The translations under genes were made by a program, and so were the position numbers. Shown here one piece after another: positions 17,817 through 27,168 of a stretch of 64,000 bases of DNA. Numbering within the stretch: position 1 is the stretch's first letter; the number at the start of each line of letters is the position of its first letter. Location of the stretch: the NCBI GenBank assembly GCA_934643865.1, contig CAKUCX010000006.1, positions 16,936 through 80,935 of the forward strand, read 5' to 3'. This DNA is from an uncultured Kiritimatiellota bacterium. Lineage in GTDB: Bacteria > Verrucomicrobiota > Kiritimatiellia > RFP12 > UBA1067. The notes below the pieces were generated by a model. The model was given only the letters and a program-made list of their open reading frames with translations. It had not been told where the DNA came from and made no database searches.

Positions 17817-19490
17817 TCATCCAACCGCCTGCACAGGCGTTTCAAAAGGCTCCCTCCGCTTCATGGCCGGATCCGGCACGCACTGGGCAGCCGCCCGCTG
17901 AACGACAGCATCGACGGCCGCATCGACGGCCGCGCGGCCACGCTCGCCGTACAATGCCGCGAGACGCTCGACGTCGGCCATGGAAAGGCTTTTGGCATGG
18001 GGGATGCGGACGTTTCGGAGGTTCTGCGCCTGGTAACGTATGAACCCGCCCCGCATCTCGGCCGAAAGGCATCTCATCTGGTTTGTCACAAAAGAGCTGC
18101 GCATCAGCACGCAGAGCGCCCGAAGATCCCACCCCTTTGACGTGATCCAGTATACATTGTGATGCGGGTAAAGGCGGCCACGCTCGTCCAGCGCGACATT
18201 TCCGCCGACCTGGATGTCCGGTAGGAGGAGCTTCGGGCTCCTCAACACGCGATAACGGATGCGATCCAGCGTCCGATACCACGCATCGGGATGTTTCTTC
18301 GCGCAGTAGCGCCCCTTGAGCCGCCCGGCATGCGCCTCAAGATAGCCCGCCATCTTTGGATAGTCCGCCAGATCCTTCATGAGCCTGTCGTCGTCGTTGT
18401 CATACGGGTTCAAGATGTAGTGGCCGCGCCAGTTGGCCACGCCGTCCGCGATGTCGCCCGCCATCACCAACGGCAGAAGGCACCCCTCCTCCAGGTCGCA
18501 GGCCCTCTGCGCATCGACATAGAGATCGTCGGCGCCGGACGCGACGCCGATTCCGATGCGCGTCCCGGGCGCCGATTCCTCAATGACAGGGAAGGCCCTT
18601 GACGCCCACTCCGCGAAATCACGGCGGTCGCGGCTCGTCGAGATCCACGGCGCCTCATCGCGATACCAGCTGTCGAATGCCGAGAGGTTCCCCCTGGACG
18701 CCCTGTTTTCCCGCAGCGTCTTCCGGGAGGCGTCGCCAATCGTCTTCGCAAGCGTCCTCTCGCCGACATGGCGGTCGAGGACGCAGATTGCCGGATAGGC
18801 CGAAACCTCCTCCTCGAACGGCTGGGCGTGCTCCATGTTCAGATAAAGGGCGACCCTGTATTCCCGTGAGATCAGCGAACGCAACCTCCTCCCGTAGCTG
18901 CTTTTGGCGAAGCGGTTCGAGCAGATGAACGAAAGCACGCCGTCCGCCGCCAGCAGCGACAGGGCCTTTTCGAAGAACGGGACGTAGATGTCACAGCGCG
19001 CCGAGAACGTCTTGTACCGTGACTTGTACTCGCCCTGCAGCTGGGGGGCGAGGGCGTCAAAGCGGATGTAGGGGGGATTGCCGATCACGACATCGAAGTT
19101 CCGCGCAAAGCCGTGAAGCAGGAAATCGCAGCGGACGAACCACGTGCGGACAAGCTCCTCGGCCCGCCCGCTCGGGCATCCCCGGCCCAGCAGCACGGAC
19201 TTCGTCCGGGAGGCGACCGCTTCAATGTTGTCCTCTGAAATGTCGCATGCCGTCAAGAAGGAATCCAGCCGCGCATCCGTCCAGTCCGCGACTTCGGCAA
19301 GGACCTTCTCGACCAACGGCAGGACGAATGCGCCCCTTCCGCAGCTTGGCTCAAGGACGCGTGCGCCCAACCACTTCCGGATCCTTCCAAAATAAGCGAC
19401 CTCGTGGATCATGTGGTCGACGACTTCACGCCGCGTAAAGACCTCCCCTGTGACGTTCCGGCGGACCGTTCTGGACATTCGCGAGGTCAT
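17817..19490 (-). CDS. Type II N6-adenine DNA methyltransferase (Eco57I/TaqI-like gamma class; M.PaeR7I/M.XhoI-like)
   Basis: Motif I is EPSCGRGAF and motif IV is VIGNPPYIRF. The gene has a 4-nt overlap with the upstream endonuclease gene. Confidence 0.8.
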   Translation of the reverse strand: MTSRMSRTVRRNVTGEVFTRREVVDHMIHEVAYFGRIRKWLGARVLEPSCGRGAFVLPLVEKVLAEVADWTDARLDSFLTACDISEDNIEAVASRTKSVLLGRGCPSGRAEELVRTWFVRCDFLLHGFARNFDVVIGNPPYIRFDALAPQLQGEYKSRYKTFSARCDIYVPFFEKALSLLAADGVLSFICSNRFAKSSYGRRLRSLISREYRVALYLNMEHAQPFEEEVSAYPAICVLDRHVGERTLAKTIGDASRKTLRENRASRGNLSAFDSWYRDEAPWISTSRDRRDFAEWASRAFPVIEESAPGTRIGIGVASGADDLYVDAQRACDLEEGCLLPLVMAGDIADGVANWRGHYILNPYDNDDDRLMKDLADYPKMAGYLEAHAGRLKGRYCAKKHPDAWYRTLDRIRYRVLRSPKLLLPDIQVGGNVALDERGRLYPHHNVYWITSKGWDLRALCVLMRSSFVTNQMRCLSAEMRGGFIRYQAQNLRNVRIPHAKSLSMADVERLAALYGERGRAAVDAAVDAVVQRAAAQCVPDPAMKRREPFETPVQAVG

Positions 19491-20227
19491 GAACGTGCCC
19501 GAAGGAAAAGATAGAGCGACTTGAAGAAGGCGTAGGCGGAGACGCCGCCCCCGCCATCACGCACGGTCGCCGTGTCCTTGTCCGAGAGGACCAAGGCCGC
19601 CGCATGATAGTCGCGCTCAAGCATCAGCCGCTCACAAAGGATTTCGTAACGGCGGAGATACGAAGACCCGACAAAGACATCCATGGGCGGAATCGGGCTC
19701 TTGCCGAGGGCCACGGGGTACGTGGAAGCCTCCGAATCCTCGACAAAGAGGAAATACCCCAGCCAGGGCGGCGCGATCACGCCAAACGCCTTCTCGCGGT
19801 ATGCCGTCCAGAAATCGCGCGCGACGCCAAGGGCCTCCTCGGAGCGATTGTTGAAGTTGTTTCCGAAACTTCCGCTCTGGGATTTCAGCTCAATTACCGC
19901 AACAAGCTGAACGCCCCTCAAGAAAACGACATCCCAATTCTTCTGCGGACGATAATACCCCGGGATCGGCACCGCCGCGTTGAAGAAGATCTCGTCCGGG
20001 CCAAAGCCGGCGGCGATTCCGACGTCCCGGATCAACGCGGCGAACCCATCCAACTGCCTGCCTCCCGTGACCTGCCCGCGCGTCCCGGCGTCGCGCCCGC
20101 CACGGCTCCTCTGCTTGTCGGCCTGATCCCGGCGCGTTGCCCAGTACATCCTGGCCGCACCGTGCAGCTTGGCGAAGAGGTCTTCACGTGTAAAGGGCAG
20201 GTCCATCGTGTCGGCGTCCTTTTTCAT
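19487..20227 (-). CDS. XhoI/PaeR7I-family type II restriction endonuclease
   Basis: 246 aa. RDAGTRGQVTGGRQLDGF...VIELKSQSGSFGNNFNNRSEEALG matches my recollection of the XhoI-family (PF04555) core. Confidence 0.7.
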   Translation of the reverse strand: MKKDADTMDLPFTREDLFAKLHGAARMYWATRRDQADKQRSRGGRDAGTRGQVTGGRQLDGFAALIRDVGIAAGFGPDEIFFNAAVPIPGYYRPQKNWDVVFLRGVQLVAVIELKSQSGSFGNNFNNRSEEALGVARDFWTAYREKAFGVIAPPWLGYFLFVEDSEASTYPVALGKSPIPPMDVFVGSSYLRRYEILCERLMLERDYHAAALVLSDKDTATVRDGGGGVSAYAFFKSLYLFLRARS

Positions 20228-20251
20228 CCGATCCCATTTGACGCGCGCGCC

Positions 20252-21121
20252 TCAGAAGTTCGCGACGAGGTGGATGCCGCCGCGCAGGATGCCCGCGTTG
20301 TAGTGGTCGTGGAGGTCGTAGCGGCTGTGGCGCACCTGCCGGCTCAGGCTGTAGTAGTAGGAGAGCGAGCCGCCCACCTTGAGCCATTCGGTAAGCTGGT
20401 AAGAGAGGCCCAGGTCGCTGTGGAAGTTGTTGAACGCAACGCCATTCACGTCGCCCTTCGAGTAGTGGTCCATGTAGGACCCGTTCGCGACGCCGAAGCC
20501 GGAGCCGAGCGTGAGCGTGAGGGCGTCGGTGAGCGCGAAGGCGTGCGAGAAATCGAAGTCGAAGTAGAGCATGTTCTCGTCGTTGTGGCCGTTCGAGTCG
20601 AAGTCCCACCACACGTAGGCGCGCGGCGTGAGGTACGGGTTGCGCCAGCGCACGCCCGCGAGGAACTCGTCCGTCTCGCGCATTCCCGAAGCGTGGCGGT
20701 TCGGGAACTGGTAGAGGATGAAGCCCGTCTCGACGTCGAGGCAGTCGAAGGCCGTGTAGTTGTAACTCACCGTCTCGTCGACGATGCTCATGCCGCCGAA
20801 GCGGTGCGGGCCCTTGTAGCCGTTGATGGCGAAGTTCGACCAGGCGCGCAGCTTGATCTTGCCGTACTCGGCCGCCTCGCCGAGCTTGAGCCAGACGTTC
20901 CCGGCCGGCTGCCACACGGCCGTGTCGAACATGATCTGCCCGCGCCAGATGTAGGCGGAGTAGAACGTCAGCTCCAGATCGAGGTCGACGAAGGCGTCGA
21001 GGAGCGTCTCCGTCTTCTCCTCGGAGACGGCGGGCGGCGGCGCCGGCGAGGAGGTCTTCGTTTCGGCGAAGACGGCGCCCGCGCTGAGGGCCGTCGCGAT
21101 CAGGATGAGTCGTGTATGCAT
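20252..21121 (-). CDS. Putative outer-membrane beta-barrel protein
   Basis: Signal peptide MHTRLILIATALSAGAVFA, alternating beta-strand pattern and a C-terminal ...HLVANF (terminal Phe). The start is set at 21121; the longer track ORF is upstream read-through. Confidence 0.5.
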   Translation of the reverse strand: MHTRLILIATALSAGAVFAETKTSSPAPPPAVSEEKTETLLDAFVDLDLELTFYSAYIWRGQIMFDTAVWQPAGNVWLKLGEAAEYGKIKLRAWSNFAINGYKGPHRFGGMSIVDETVSYNYTAFDCLDVETGFILYQFPNRHASGMRETDEFLAGVRWRNPYLTPRAYVWWDFDSNGHNDENMLYFDFDFSHAFALTDALTLTLGSGFGVANGSYMDHYSKGDVNGVAFNNFHSDLGLSYQLTEWLKVGGSLSYYYSLSRQVRHSRYDLHDHYNAGILRGGIHLVANF

Positions 21122-21128
21122 GCCCCTA

Positions 21129-21137
21129 AGTATAGCA
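21129..21137 (-). promoter_or_regulatory. TGCTATACT extended -10, 7 nt upstream of ATG 21121 (leaderless-type)
   Basis: The minus strand reads TGCTATACT-TAGGGGC-ATG. The same architecture occurs at 28888 and 57781. Confidence 0.45.
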
Positions 21138-21167
21138 GAAAAAGCGCCGCGCCGCGCACCCCCAAGC

Positions 21168-21614
21168 CTAGACCTGCAGGAAGCCGCCGCCGAGGGCCGC
21201 GCCCGACGGCGGGCCGGACGGCTCGCTCGGCCGGTAGTCGGCGACGATCTTCCGCCACGTCTCCAGCACGTTGACAAAGCCTTCGAGAAGCGACAGGAAT
21301 GCCTCGACGCCAAGGCACGCGAGCGGCGCGACGCGCGTGAGCGTCAGCTCGCCGTTCTCCGGGTTGACGGCCAGCGTCGCGCCCGCCGTCCCCGCGAAGT
21401 TGAAGTTCGCCTCCAGCATCGCGCGGTAGAGCGGCGCAAGGCCCTGCGGCGGCGGCTCGCCGATGACGCCGTTCAAGACAACAGCCTCAAGATCGGCGAT
21501 CTCCAGGACGGAGACGTCCATGCCGTCGATCGTCAGGCGCGTCGCGCCATCGTGCAGCGCAAGCTCAACGCCGAGCGACCGCCCCGCTTCCAAGACGAGT
21601 TCGTCGAACCCCAT
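21168..21614 (-). CDS. CesT/Tir-chaperone-like (type III secretion chaperone family) small acidic protein
   Basis: 148 aa. The layout LYRAMLEANFNFAGTAGATLAVNPENGELTLTRV...EAFLSLLEGFVNVLETWRKI follows the CesT-family pattern (LL-x-N ... ga-l-a-d ... L-E-F-V-x-x-A-E-x-W). Confidence 0.45.
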   Translation of the reverse strand: MGFDELVLEAGRSLGVELALHDGATRLTIDGMDVSVLEIADLEAVVLNGVIGEPPPQGLAPLYRAMLEANFNFAGTAGATLAVNPENGELTLTRVAPLACLGVEAFLSLLEGFVNVLETWRKIVADYRPSEPSGPPSGAALGGGFLQV

Positions 21615-21630
21615 GGCGTCCCCCGCTTCC

Positions 21631-24600
21631 CTACTTCTGCTTCTGCCGGGCCTGGTAGGCGGCCCAGAGGAGGGCGGGCTTCTTCGCGGCGACCTCCTGG
21701 AAGAGGGCCTTCGCCTCGGCGGCCTTGCCGTCGGCGAGGCACGCGAGGCCGCGCAGGTACTTCGCCTTCCAGAGGTTGTCCGCCTGGCGTTCCATCGGCG
21801 AGTTCTCGCCGCCGAACTTCGCGTAGGCGTCGATGACCTTCGGCTGCGGCGTCTCCAGGGTCGCGATGGCCTTCTGGAGCTCGGCGCGGTTCGCCGCGAC
21901 GTCCGCCTCCGCCCCCTTCAGCTCGCGGAGGACGAGCATGCGGTAGAAGTTCATCTCGCCGGGGTGGACCCAGCCCTTGAGCGCGTGCGCGAGCTCGTCG
22001 CGCCAGCCCTTCTCGTCGCCCTGAGCCTTGCGGCACTGCGCGAGGTAGTAGCGCACCTTCGGCTCCGTGCCCGCGTCGCCGGGGCGGCCCGCCTGCAGGC
22101 TCTCGGGATAGGTGAGCGCCTGGCGGAAGTCGGCCTCGGCGCCGGGGAAGTCCTTCGCCGCCATCTTCCCGAGGCCGCGCAGCAGGAGCGCGTCCACGAA
22201 TGGCGCGAGCAGCCCCTCGCCGCCCTCCCACACGTGGAAGCGCCGGCCCGTGAGGATCGCGAGCGCGGCGTCGTAGTCGCCCGCCTCGTTGAAGAGGTAG
22301 GCCATGCGCAGGATGCAGGCGTCGTACTTCTCGGCCGTCGCGCGGTACGTCTTCATCGTCGCGAGGCGCTCCGCCGTCCCCTTGCCGAGCTTCTCGGCGA
22401 GCTTGTCCATCTCCTCCAGCGCGCGGAAGTTCGTGGGGTCGGCCGCAAGCGCCTTCACGTAGTAGCCGTAGGCCTCCTCGCTCGGGACGCCCGAGGGGAC
22501 GCCCGTGTTCGTGAAGTACGTGCCGGGATGCGCGAGGGCGAAGCCCATGTTGCGGAGCGCGAGCGCGTGGTCGGGCTTGAGGGCGAGCGCCTTCTGCCAG
22601 CTCGCGCGCGCGGCGTCCTTCTGGTCGTTGTTCCATTCGAGGTTGCCGAGGTAGTACCACGTGTTCGCGAGGTCGGGGCGGAGCGCCGCCGCCCGCTTCA
22701 GCACGGCGTACTCCTCGTGGCGGCTCGGGAAGCAGTAGTCCGTGGACTGCGCCGCCGCCTGCGCGTAGCGTTCTTTCGCGAGGTCCGCGCGCCCCATCCG
22801 CTCCAGCGCGGCGCCGCCGAAGTAGTCGAAGAGCGCATTCTTGTAGCTCGCACACGCCGCGACCGTCTCCTTGAGCGGCAGGGCGCCCTCGGTCCTATAG
22901 GGCTTCTCCCGCGCGGCAAGGGCGCTTGCCTGGTCGCAGAGCGCCGCCACCTCGTGCCACGCGCCGAGGCTCCAGTAGTCGCACACGGTCTCCAGCAGGG
23001 CCTGCGCCTTGAGGCCGCGGTTCTCGCCCGCGTTCACCACGGCGTCCTCGCCGTCATCCTCCAGGAACGCGCGCTCGGCGACGCCCCAGGCGTCGAGCGG
23101 GTCGATGGCCGCCGCAAGGCGCAGCTCCTTCGCGCAGCCTGTCACGTCCTTGAGCTGGCGGAGGATGTAGGCCCGCGTGACGTGCAGCTTCGCCTCCTTC
23201 GCGCCCCGGTCGAGCGCGTCCTCGACGCGCGCCAAGGCCTCCTCCCAGTCGCCCCGCAGGCACGCGAGGCGGGCGAGCCCCGCGTAGGCCATGCGCGCGT
23301 GCGTACTGCGCCAGGTCACGCGCCAGTAGAGGTCTTCGGCCTCCTTGAACTTCGCCGCGCGCACGGCGGGGTCGTCCGCGAGCTGGCCCTCCTCTTCGAG
23401 AACGACCGCGAGCAGGTATTCCGGCTCGGCGTCCTTCGCCCGCGTGTAGTTGCGCGTGACGCGCGCCACCGCCGTGCGCAGCAGCTTCTCCGCCTTCGCA
23501 TACTCGGCGTTCTTCGCGAGGCGCGTCGCGAGGGCGACGTTCGCGGCCGCGTAGCCGGGATCGAGTTCAAGCGCGCGCGCGTAGTAGGGAACGGGGTCGA
23601 TGAGACCGTTGTGGAACTGGTCGAGGCGGAGGCCCGTCAGGTACGCCTCCTCGGCGCTCGTGTAGTCCTTCGGCTCCTTCGGGTTCGCCACCTTCGGCGG
23701 CAGCGGGTCGTGCGGGTCGGGGCCGACGGGCGTGTAGGCGAGGAAGACCTTGCCGGAGGCGTCCGCGAGCGTCGCCGTGAACGCCTGGTCCTGCGCGTCG
23801 GCCGGAACCTTCACGGTCTTGCACCAGGGCGTGTCGGGGCCGATGGCGACCTTCTTTTCCTCGAAGACGGGCGCGGGCGCGCCCTTCTGCAGGACGCGCA
23901 CCGTGCAGTCCTTCAGGACGCGCGTCGAGTGGAAGCCGACGAGCAGGTCCTCCTTCTTCTCCAGGCGCTCCACGTTCACCGCGCCGTCGATCGTCACGTT
24001 CTTCACGCCGCCGATGCCCTTGACGGGGAACCAGAACTGCTTGACCGTGCGCGTCTCGTAGGGGTCGATCCAGCTGTAGTCCGGCTGGTTGTCGCTCCAG
24101 CAGCCGACCATCAGCTCCAGGTACGGGCCGTCCGAGTCGGTCAGCACCGTGTCCCACACGTGCGCCTCCGGGAAGTTGCCCCAGAGGAAGAACTTCTTGC
24201 CGACGGTGATGTGGCGGTTCGAGACGTGCGCCGTGCCCATGTTCTTCTTGTGGTCGTAGCCGGCGAGCCAGGCGTTGTCGGGGTCCATCGCGAAGATGGA
24301 GCGGCTCTCGACCGTGAAGTTGCGCCACCAGGAGAGGTCAATCAGACCCTCCACGTCGTCCGCCGTCTTCGCGCGCTGCGAGGGGATCCACTGGTGGTCG
24401 ACCTTCTTCGGGCCCATCGGAAACGACGTCCAGAACGCCTTGTGGTGGTCGAAGCCGAGGTGGCAGCTCGGCGGGAAGATCACCTGGTAGTCGTCGCCGC
24501 AGTGGACGGAGACGTTCGCCCAGTAGATCATCGACTCGATGTAGGGCCCGCGGTTCATGAAGACGTTCTCGGCCTGCAGCACGGCGCGGTCCGGGAGGAG

Positions 24601-25146
24601 GGAAAGGCCTATCGACCACTTGAGCCTACGGCGCAGCTCGGTCTCGCCGATCCAGATCGCCTTCTTCCCCGTCTTCTTGTCCGTCACGAGCCTCCAGTCG
24701 ATCGGCATCGCCGTCGTCGCGCGGTGGTGGTGCGGGAAGTTCCACTCCACGCCGCCCGAGATCCACGCGCCGAGCATGCCGATGAGCGCGGGCTTGACGA
24801 CGTGCTGGCGGTAGAACGTCTCGAAGCCCGTCTTCTTGTCCGTCAGGTTGAGGAGGTGGCCGCCGTGCTCGGGCAGGAGGCCGAACTGCAGCCAGTCGTT
24901 CTCCATCGTGAGGTACGTGTACGTCTCGTCGATTTTCCCGTCGTGGAGCACGTCCTGCATCGGATAGGGGTAGACGCGCCCCTGCGCGCCCTGGTAGACG
25001 CGCCCCGTGTAGAAGACGGGCGTCTTGTCGTAGCCGCCCGGCGCGTACGTCGGCAGCGTGATCGTCTTCTTTTCCATGGCGACGCCGCCCGCGAGCGCGG
25101 CGGACGCAGCGAGCGCCGTCAGCGCGAGATTGAGCCTCTTCATCAT
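21631..25146 (-). CDS. DUF5107-like N-terminal domain + long TPR-repeat protein, secreted
   Basis: Signal peptide MMKRLNLALTALAASAALA. GVEWNFPHHHR and the surrounding ~400 aa resemble DUF5107. TPR-like helical repeats follow to the C-terminus. Confidence 0.5.
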   Translation of the reverse strand: MMKRLNLALTALAASAALAGGVAMEKKTITLPTYAPGGYDKTPVFYTGRVYQGAQGRVYPYPMQDVLHDGKIDETYTYLTMENDWLQFGLLPEHGGHLLNLTDKKTGFETFYRQHVVKPALIGMLGAWISGGVEWNFPHHHRATTAMPIDWRLVTDKKTGKKAIWIGETELRRRLKWSIGLSLLPDRAVLQAENVFMNRGPYIESMIYWANVSVHCGDDYQVIFPPSCHLGFDHHKAFWTSFPMGPKKVDHQWIPSQRAKTADDVEGLIDLSWWRNFTVESRSIFAMDPDNAWLAGYDHKKNMGTAHVSNRHITVGKKFFLWGNFPEAHVWDTVLTDSDGPYLELMVGCWSDNQPDYSWIDPYETRTVKQFWFPVKGIGGVKNVTIDGAVNVERLEKKEDLLVGFHSTRVLKDCTVRVLQKGAPAPVFEEKKVAIGPDTPWCKTVKVPADAQDQAFTATLADASGKVFLAYTPVGPDPHDPLPPKVANPKEPKDYTSAEEAYLTGLRLDQFHNGLIDPVPYYARALELDPGYAAANVALATRLAKNAEYAKAEKLLRTAVARVTRNYTRAKDAEPEYLLAVVLEEEGQLADDPAVRAAKFKEAEDLYWRVTWRSTHARMAYAGLARLACLRGDWEEALARVEDALDRGAKEAKLHVTRAYILRQLKDVTGCAKELRLAAAIDPLDAWGVAERAFLEDDGEDAVVNAGENRGLKAQALLETVCDYWSLGAWHEVAALCDQASALAAREKPYRTEGALPLKETVAACASYKNALFDYFGGAALERMGRADLAKERYAQAAAQSTDYCFPSRHEEYAVLKRAAALRPDLANTWYYLGNLEWNNDQKDAARASWQKALALKPDHALALRNMGFALAHPGTYFTNTGVPSGVPSEEAYGYYVKALAADPTNFRALEEMDKLAEKLGKGTAERLATMKTYRATAEKYDACILRMAYLFNEAGDYDAALAILTGRRFHVWEGGEGLLAPFVDALLLRGLGKMAAKDFPGAEADFRQALTYPESLQAGRPGDAGTEPKVRYYLAQCRKAQGDEKGWRDELAHALKGWVHPGEMNFYRMLVLRELKGAEADVAANRAELQKAIATLETPQPKVIDAYAKFGGENSPMERQADNLWKAKYLRGLACLADGKAAEAKALFQEVAAKKPALLWAAYQARQKQK

Positions 25147-25207
25147 CGTATCCGTTTCCTCTTTTCTGCCTGAAGCCTTTTGAAGCCTTTTCCGCCCGGG
25201 GCCGGGC

Positions 25208-27166
25208 CTACCGCCGTGCGGGCATCCGGTCCACGGGCGCACCGGAGATGTGGAGGTCCGTCGCGTCGCCATCCACGCGGATGCGGCCCGCATACGGCAG
25301 CCTCGGCGCGCCCGGGTCGTTCCAGACGACCGTGTTGTCGCGGAAGTGGAAGCCGCTCCCGTTCATGATGTACCAGAGGTAACCGCGCGGATTCACGAAC
25401 GTACACCCCTCGACGAGAATGTCGCCCACGGCCTCCCCGCTCGGGACGACGGGCTTGCCGGCCGCCTCGTAGGCGGCGACGGCCTTCGCGAACGCGGCGT
25501 TCTTGATCGGCACCTGGCGCATCGGCGCATCGCCCTTCCACGGCAGGCGCAGCGCCGTGAAGATCTGGCTTGAGACGCCGCCCACCGTGAAGTCGTCGCG
25601 TACGTTCTCGAAGCGGCAGTTCCGCACGACGACGTTGCGGCAGCCGATGCCCTCGCACCAGACGTTGTAGGTGTAGCAGCTCTGGAAGCGGAGGGGCGAG
25701 CCGTCCATCGGCCCGAACGTGCAGTTCTCGAACGTGAGGTTGCTGCCGAGGACGAGGCCCCGGCTGTAGGACGAGCCGTGGAAGCGGCAGTTGCGGAAGA
25801 GGAAATTCTCCGTCGTGTACTCGTCGTCGACGAGGACGAAGAAGAGGCCCGTCTGCTGCGGGAGGTCGCGGTCGAAGGCGATCTGCTCGCCGTCGATCCG
25901 GACGATCCGCCCCGTCCAGCCCGGGACGGGAGCGAAGTCCTGCTGGCGCAGGCGCAGGCGCGAGCCCGTGCGGAAGAGCGTGTAGGCGACACCCCGGTTG
26001 TTGACGACCTCGACCGTGCGCGGCCCCTTCGTCCAGGCGATCTGCGTGCGGTCGTGGTAGTTGAAGTGGTCGTCGCGGTGCATCGTCGCCTCGCAGTCGA
26101 TCATCTTCGCGTAGCCCTGCGACTGGACGACGTGGTGCGCGTCGGCCGTCGACGTGACGGGATAGTTCGCGCCCGGCTTCGGCCTCACGTTCACGTTCAC
26201 GAGCTGCCACCACTTCTGCGCGCCGCGCGTCTCCACGCCAAGGCCCCACGTCGCCCAGATGTCCACGTTGCGCAGCGTGAAGTGGCGGTTCGACGTCAGC
26301 ACGACGCCGTTCATGCCGTAGTAGTGGTGCGTGATCGCGAAGACGTTGCCGATCTCCTTCTGCGCGACGAGGCGCACGAGGTCACGGTTCCTCTTCGGGC
26401 TGTAGCGGTTGGCCGAATAGGGCGCGACGTAGCCGTAGGCCGGCCTGACATACGGCCAGACGCGGATGCGCGACGGCGAAAGCCACGCCATCTTCGCGCC
26501 CATCGTCCCGGCGCTCGTGCCGAAGTAGGCGCTGCCATGGTTGTTCCTGCCGTCGTCCCGGCGGGGGCCTGAGCGGTCCTTCGCCATGGGCGTGAGGAGC
26601 TGGATCGCCACGGGGTCCGGGTACTTGGGATGCGGCCTGTCGAGGTCGAAGTCGATGGTGGAGGTGTTGTCCTCCGCGCCTTCGGCCGCGCCGACGCACG
26701 TACACCAGAAGCCGAGCGGATCGCGCTCCCAGTCCCAGTCGATGTTGAAGTTCCCGACCTCGGTGCGCACGCAGTCCCGGATTTCGACGTTGCCGTAGCC
26801 CTCGACGAGGATGGAGGGGTCGTCCTGGTTCGGGACGGTGCGGCGGAAGACGAACGTCGCGCCGCCGCCGTCCACCACGCAGTCCGAGAGCCCCTCGATC
26901 TTGAGGCCCGGCCCGTCGAAGCAGCGGTACGTGCCGGGCGCGATGACGACGCGCGCCGCCTTCACGCGCCGCGCCTCGGCGAACGCGCGGTTCGCGGCCT
27001 CGGCGTTGTGTTCGTTCGCCTCGGAGAGGCCGAAGTCGGCCGCCCGCACGACGGCGCCGCCCGTCGCGCGCGGCGACTCCACCTCGAAGTCCGGGCAGCC
27101 CGTCGGCTCGCCCCGGAGGATTCCGGCAGCCAGCGCCGCCAGCACGAACGCGCGTCCCTTCGCCAC
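25208..27166 (-). CDS. Right-handed parallel beta-helix (pectate-lyase-fold) protein, secreted
   Basis: GTG start at 27166, 2 nt after the upstream TGA. Signal-like (M)AKGRAFVLAALAAG. There are repeated beta-helix turns (NVxIxxC, NCxFxN). The 1156-aa track ORF is an artefact. Confidence 0.5.
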   Translation of the reverse strand: MAKGRAFVLAALAAGILRGEPTGCPDFEVESPRATGGAVVRAADFGLSEANEHNAEAANRAFAEARRVKAARVVIAPGTYRCFDGPGLKIEGLSDCVVDGGGATFVFRRTVPNQDDPSILVEGYGNVEIRDCVRTEVGNFNIDWDWERDPLGFWCTCVGAAEGAEDNTSTIDFDLDRPHPKYPDPVAIQLLTPMAKDRSGPRRDDGRNNHGSAYFGTSAGTMGAKMAWLSPSRIRVWPYVRPAYGYVAPYSANRYSPKRNRDLVRLVAQKEIGNVFAITHHYYGMNGVVLTSNRHFTLRNVDIWATWGLGVETRGAQKWWQLVNVNVRPKPGANYPVTSTADAHHVVQSQGYAKMIDCEATMHRDDHFNYHDRTQIAWTKGPRTVEVVNNRGVAYTLFRTGSRLRLRQQDFAPVPGWTGRIVRIDGEQIAFDRDLPQQTGLFFVLVDDEYTTENFLFRNCRFHGSSYSRGLVLGSNLTFENCTFGPMDGSPLRFQSCYTYNVWCEGIGCRNVVVRNCRFENVRDDFTVGGVSSQIFTALRLPWKGDAPMRQVPIKNAAFAKAVAAYEAAGKPVVPSGEAVGDILVEGCTFVNPRGYLWYIMNGSGFHFRDNTVVWNDPGAPRLPYAGRIRVDGDATDLHISGAPVDRMPARR

Positions 27167-27168
27167 AA

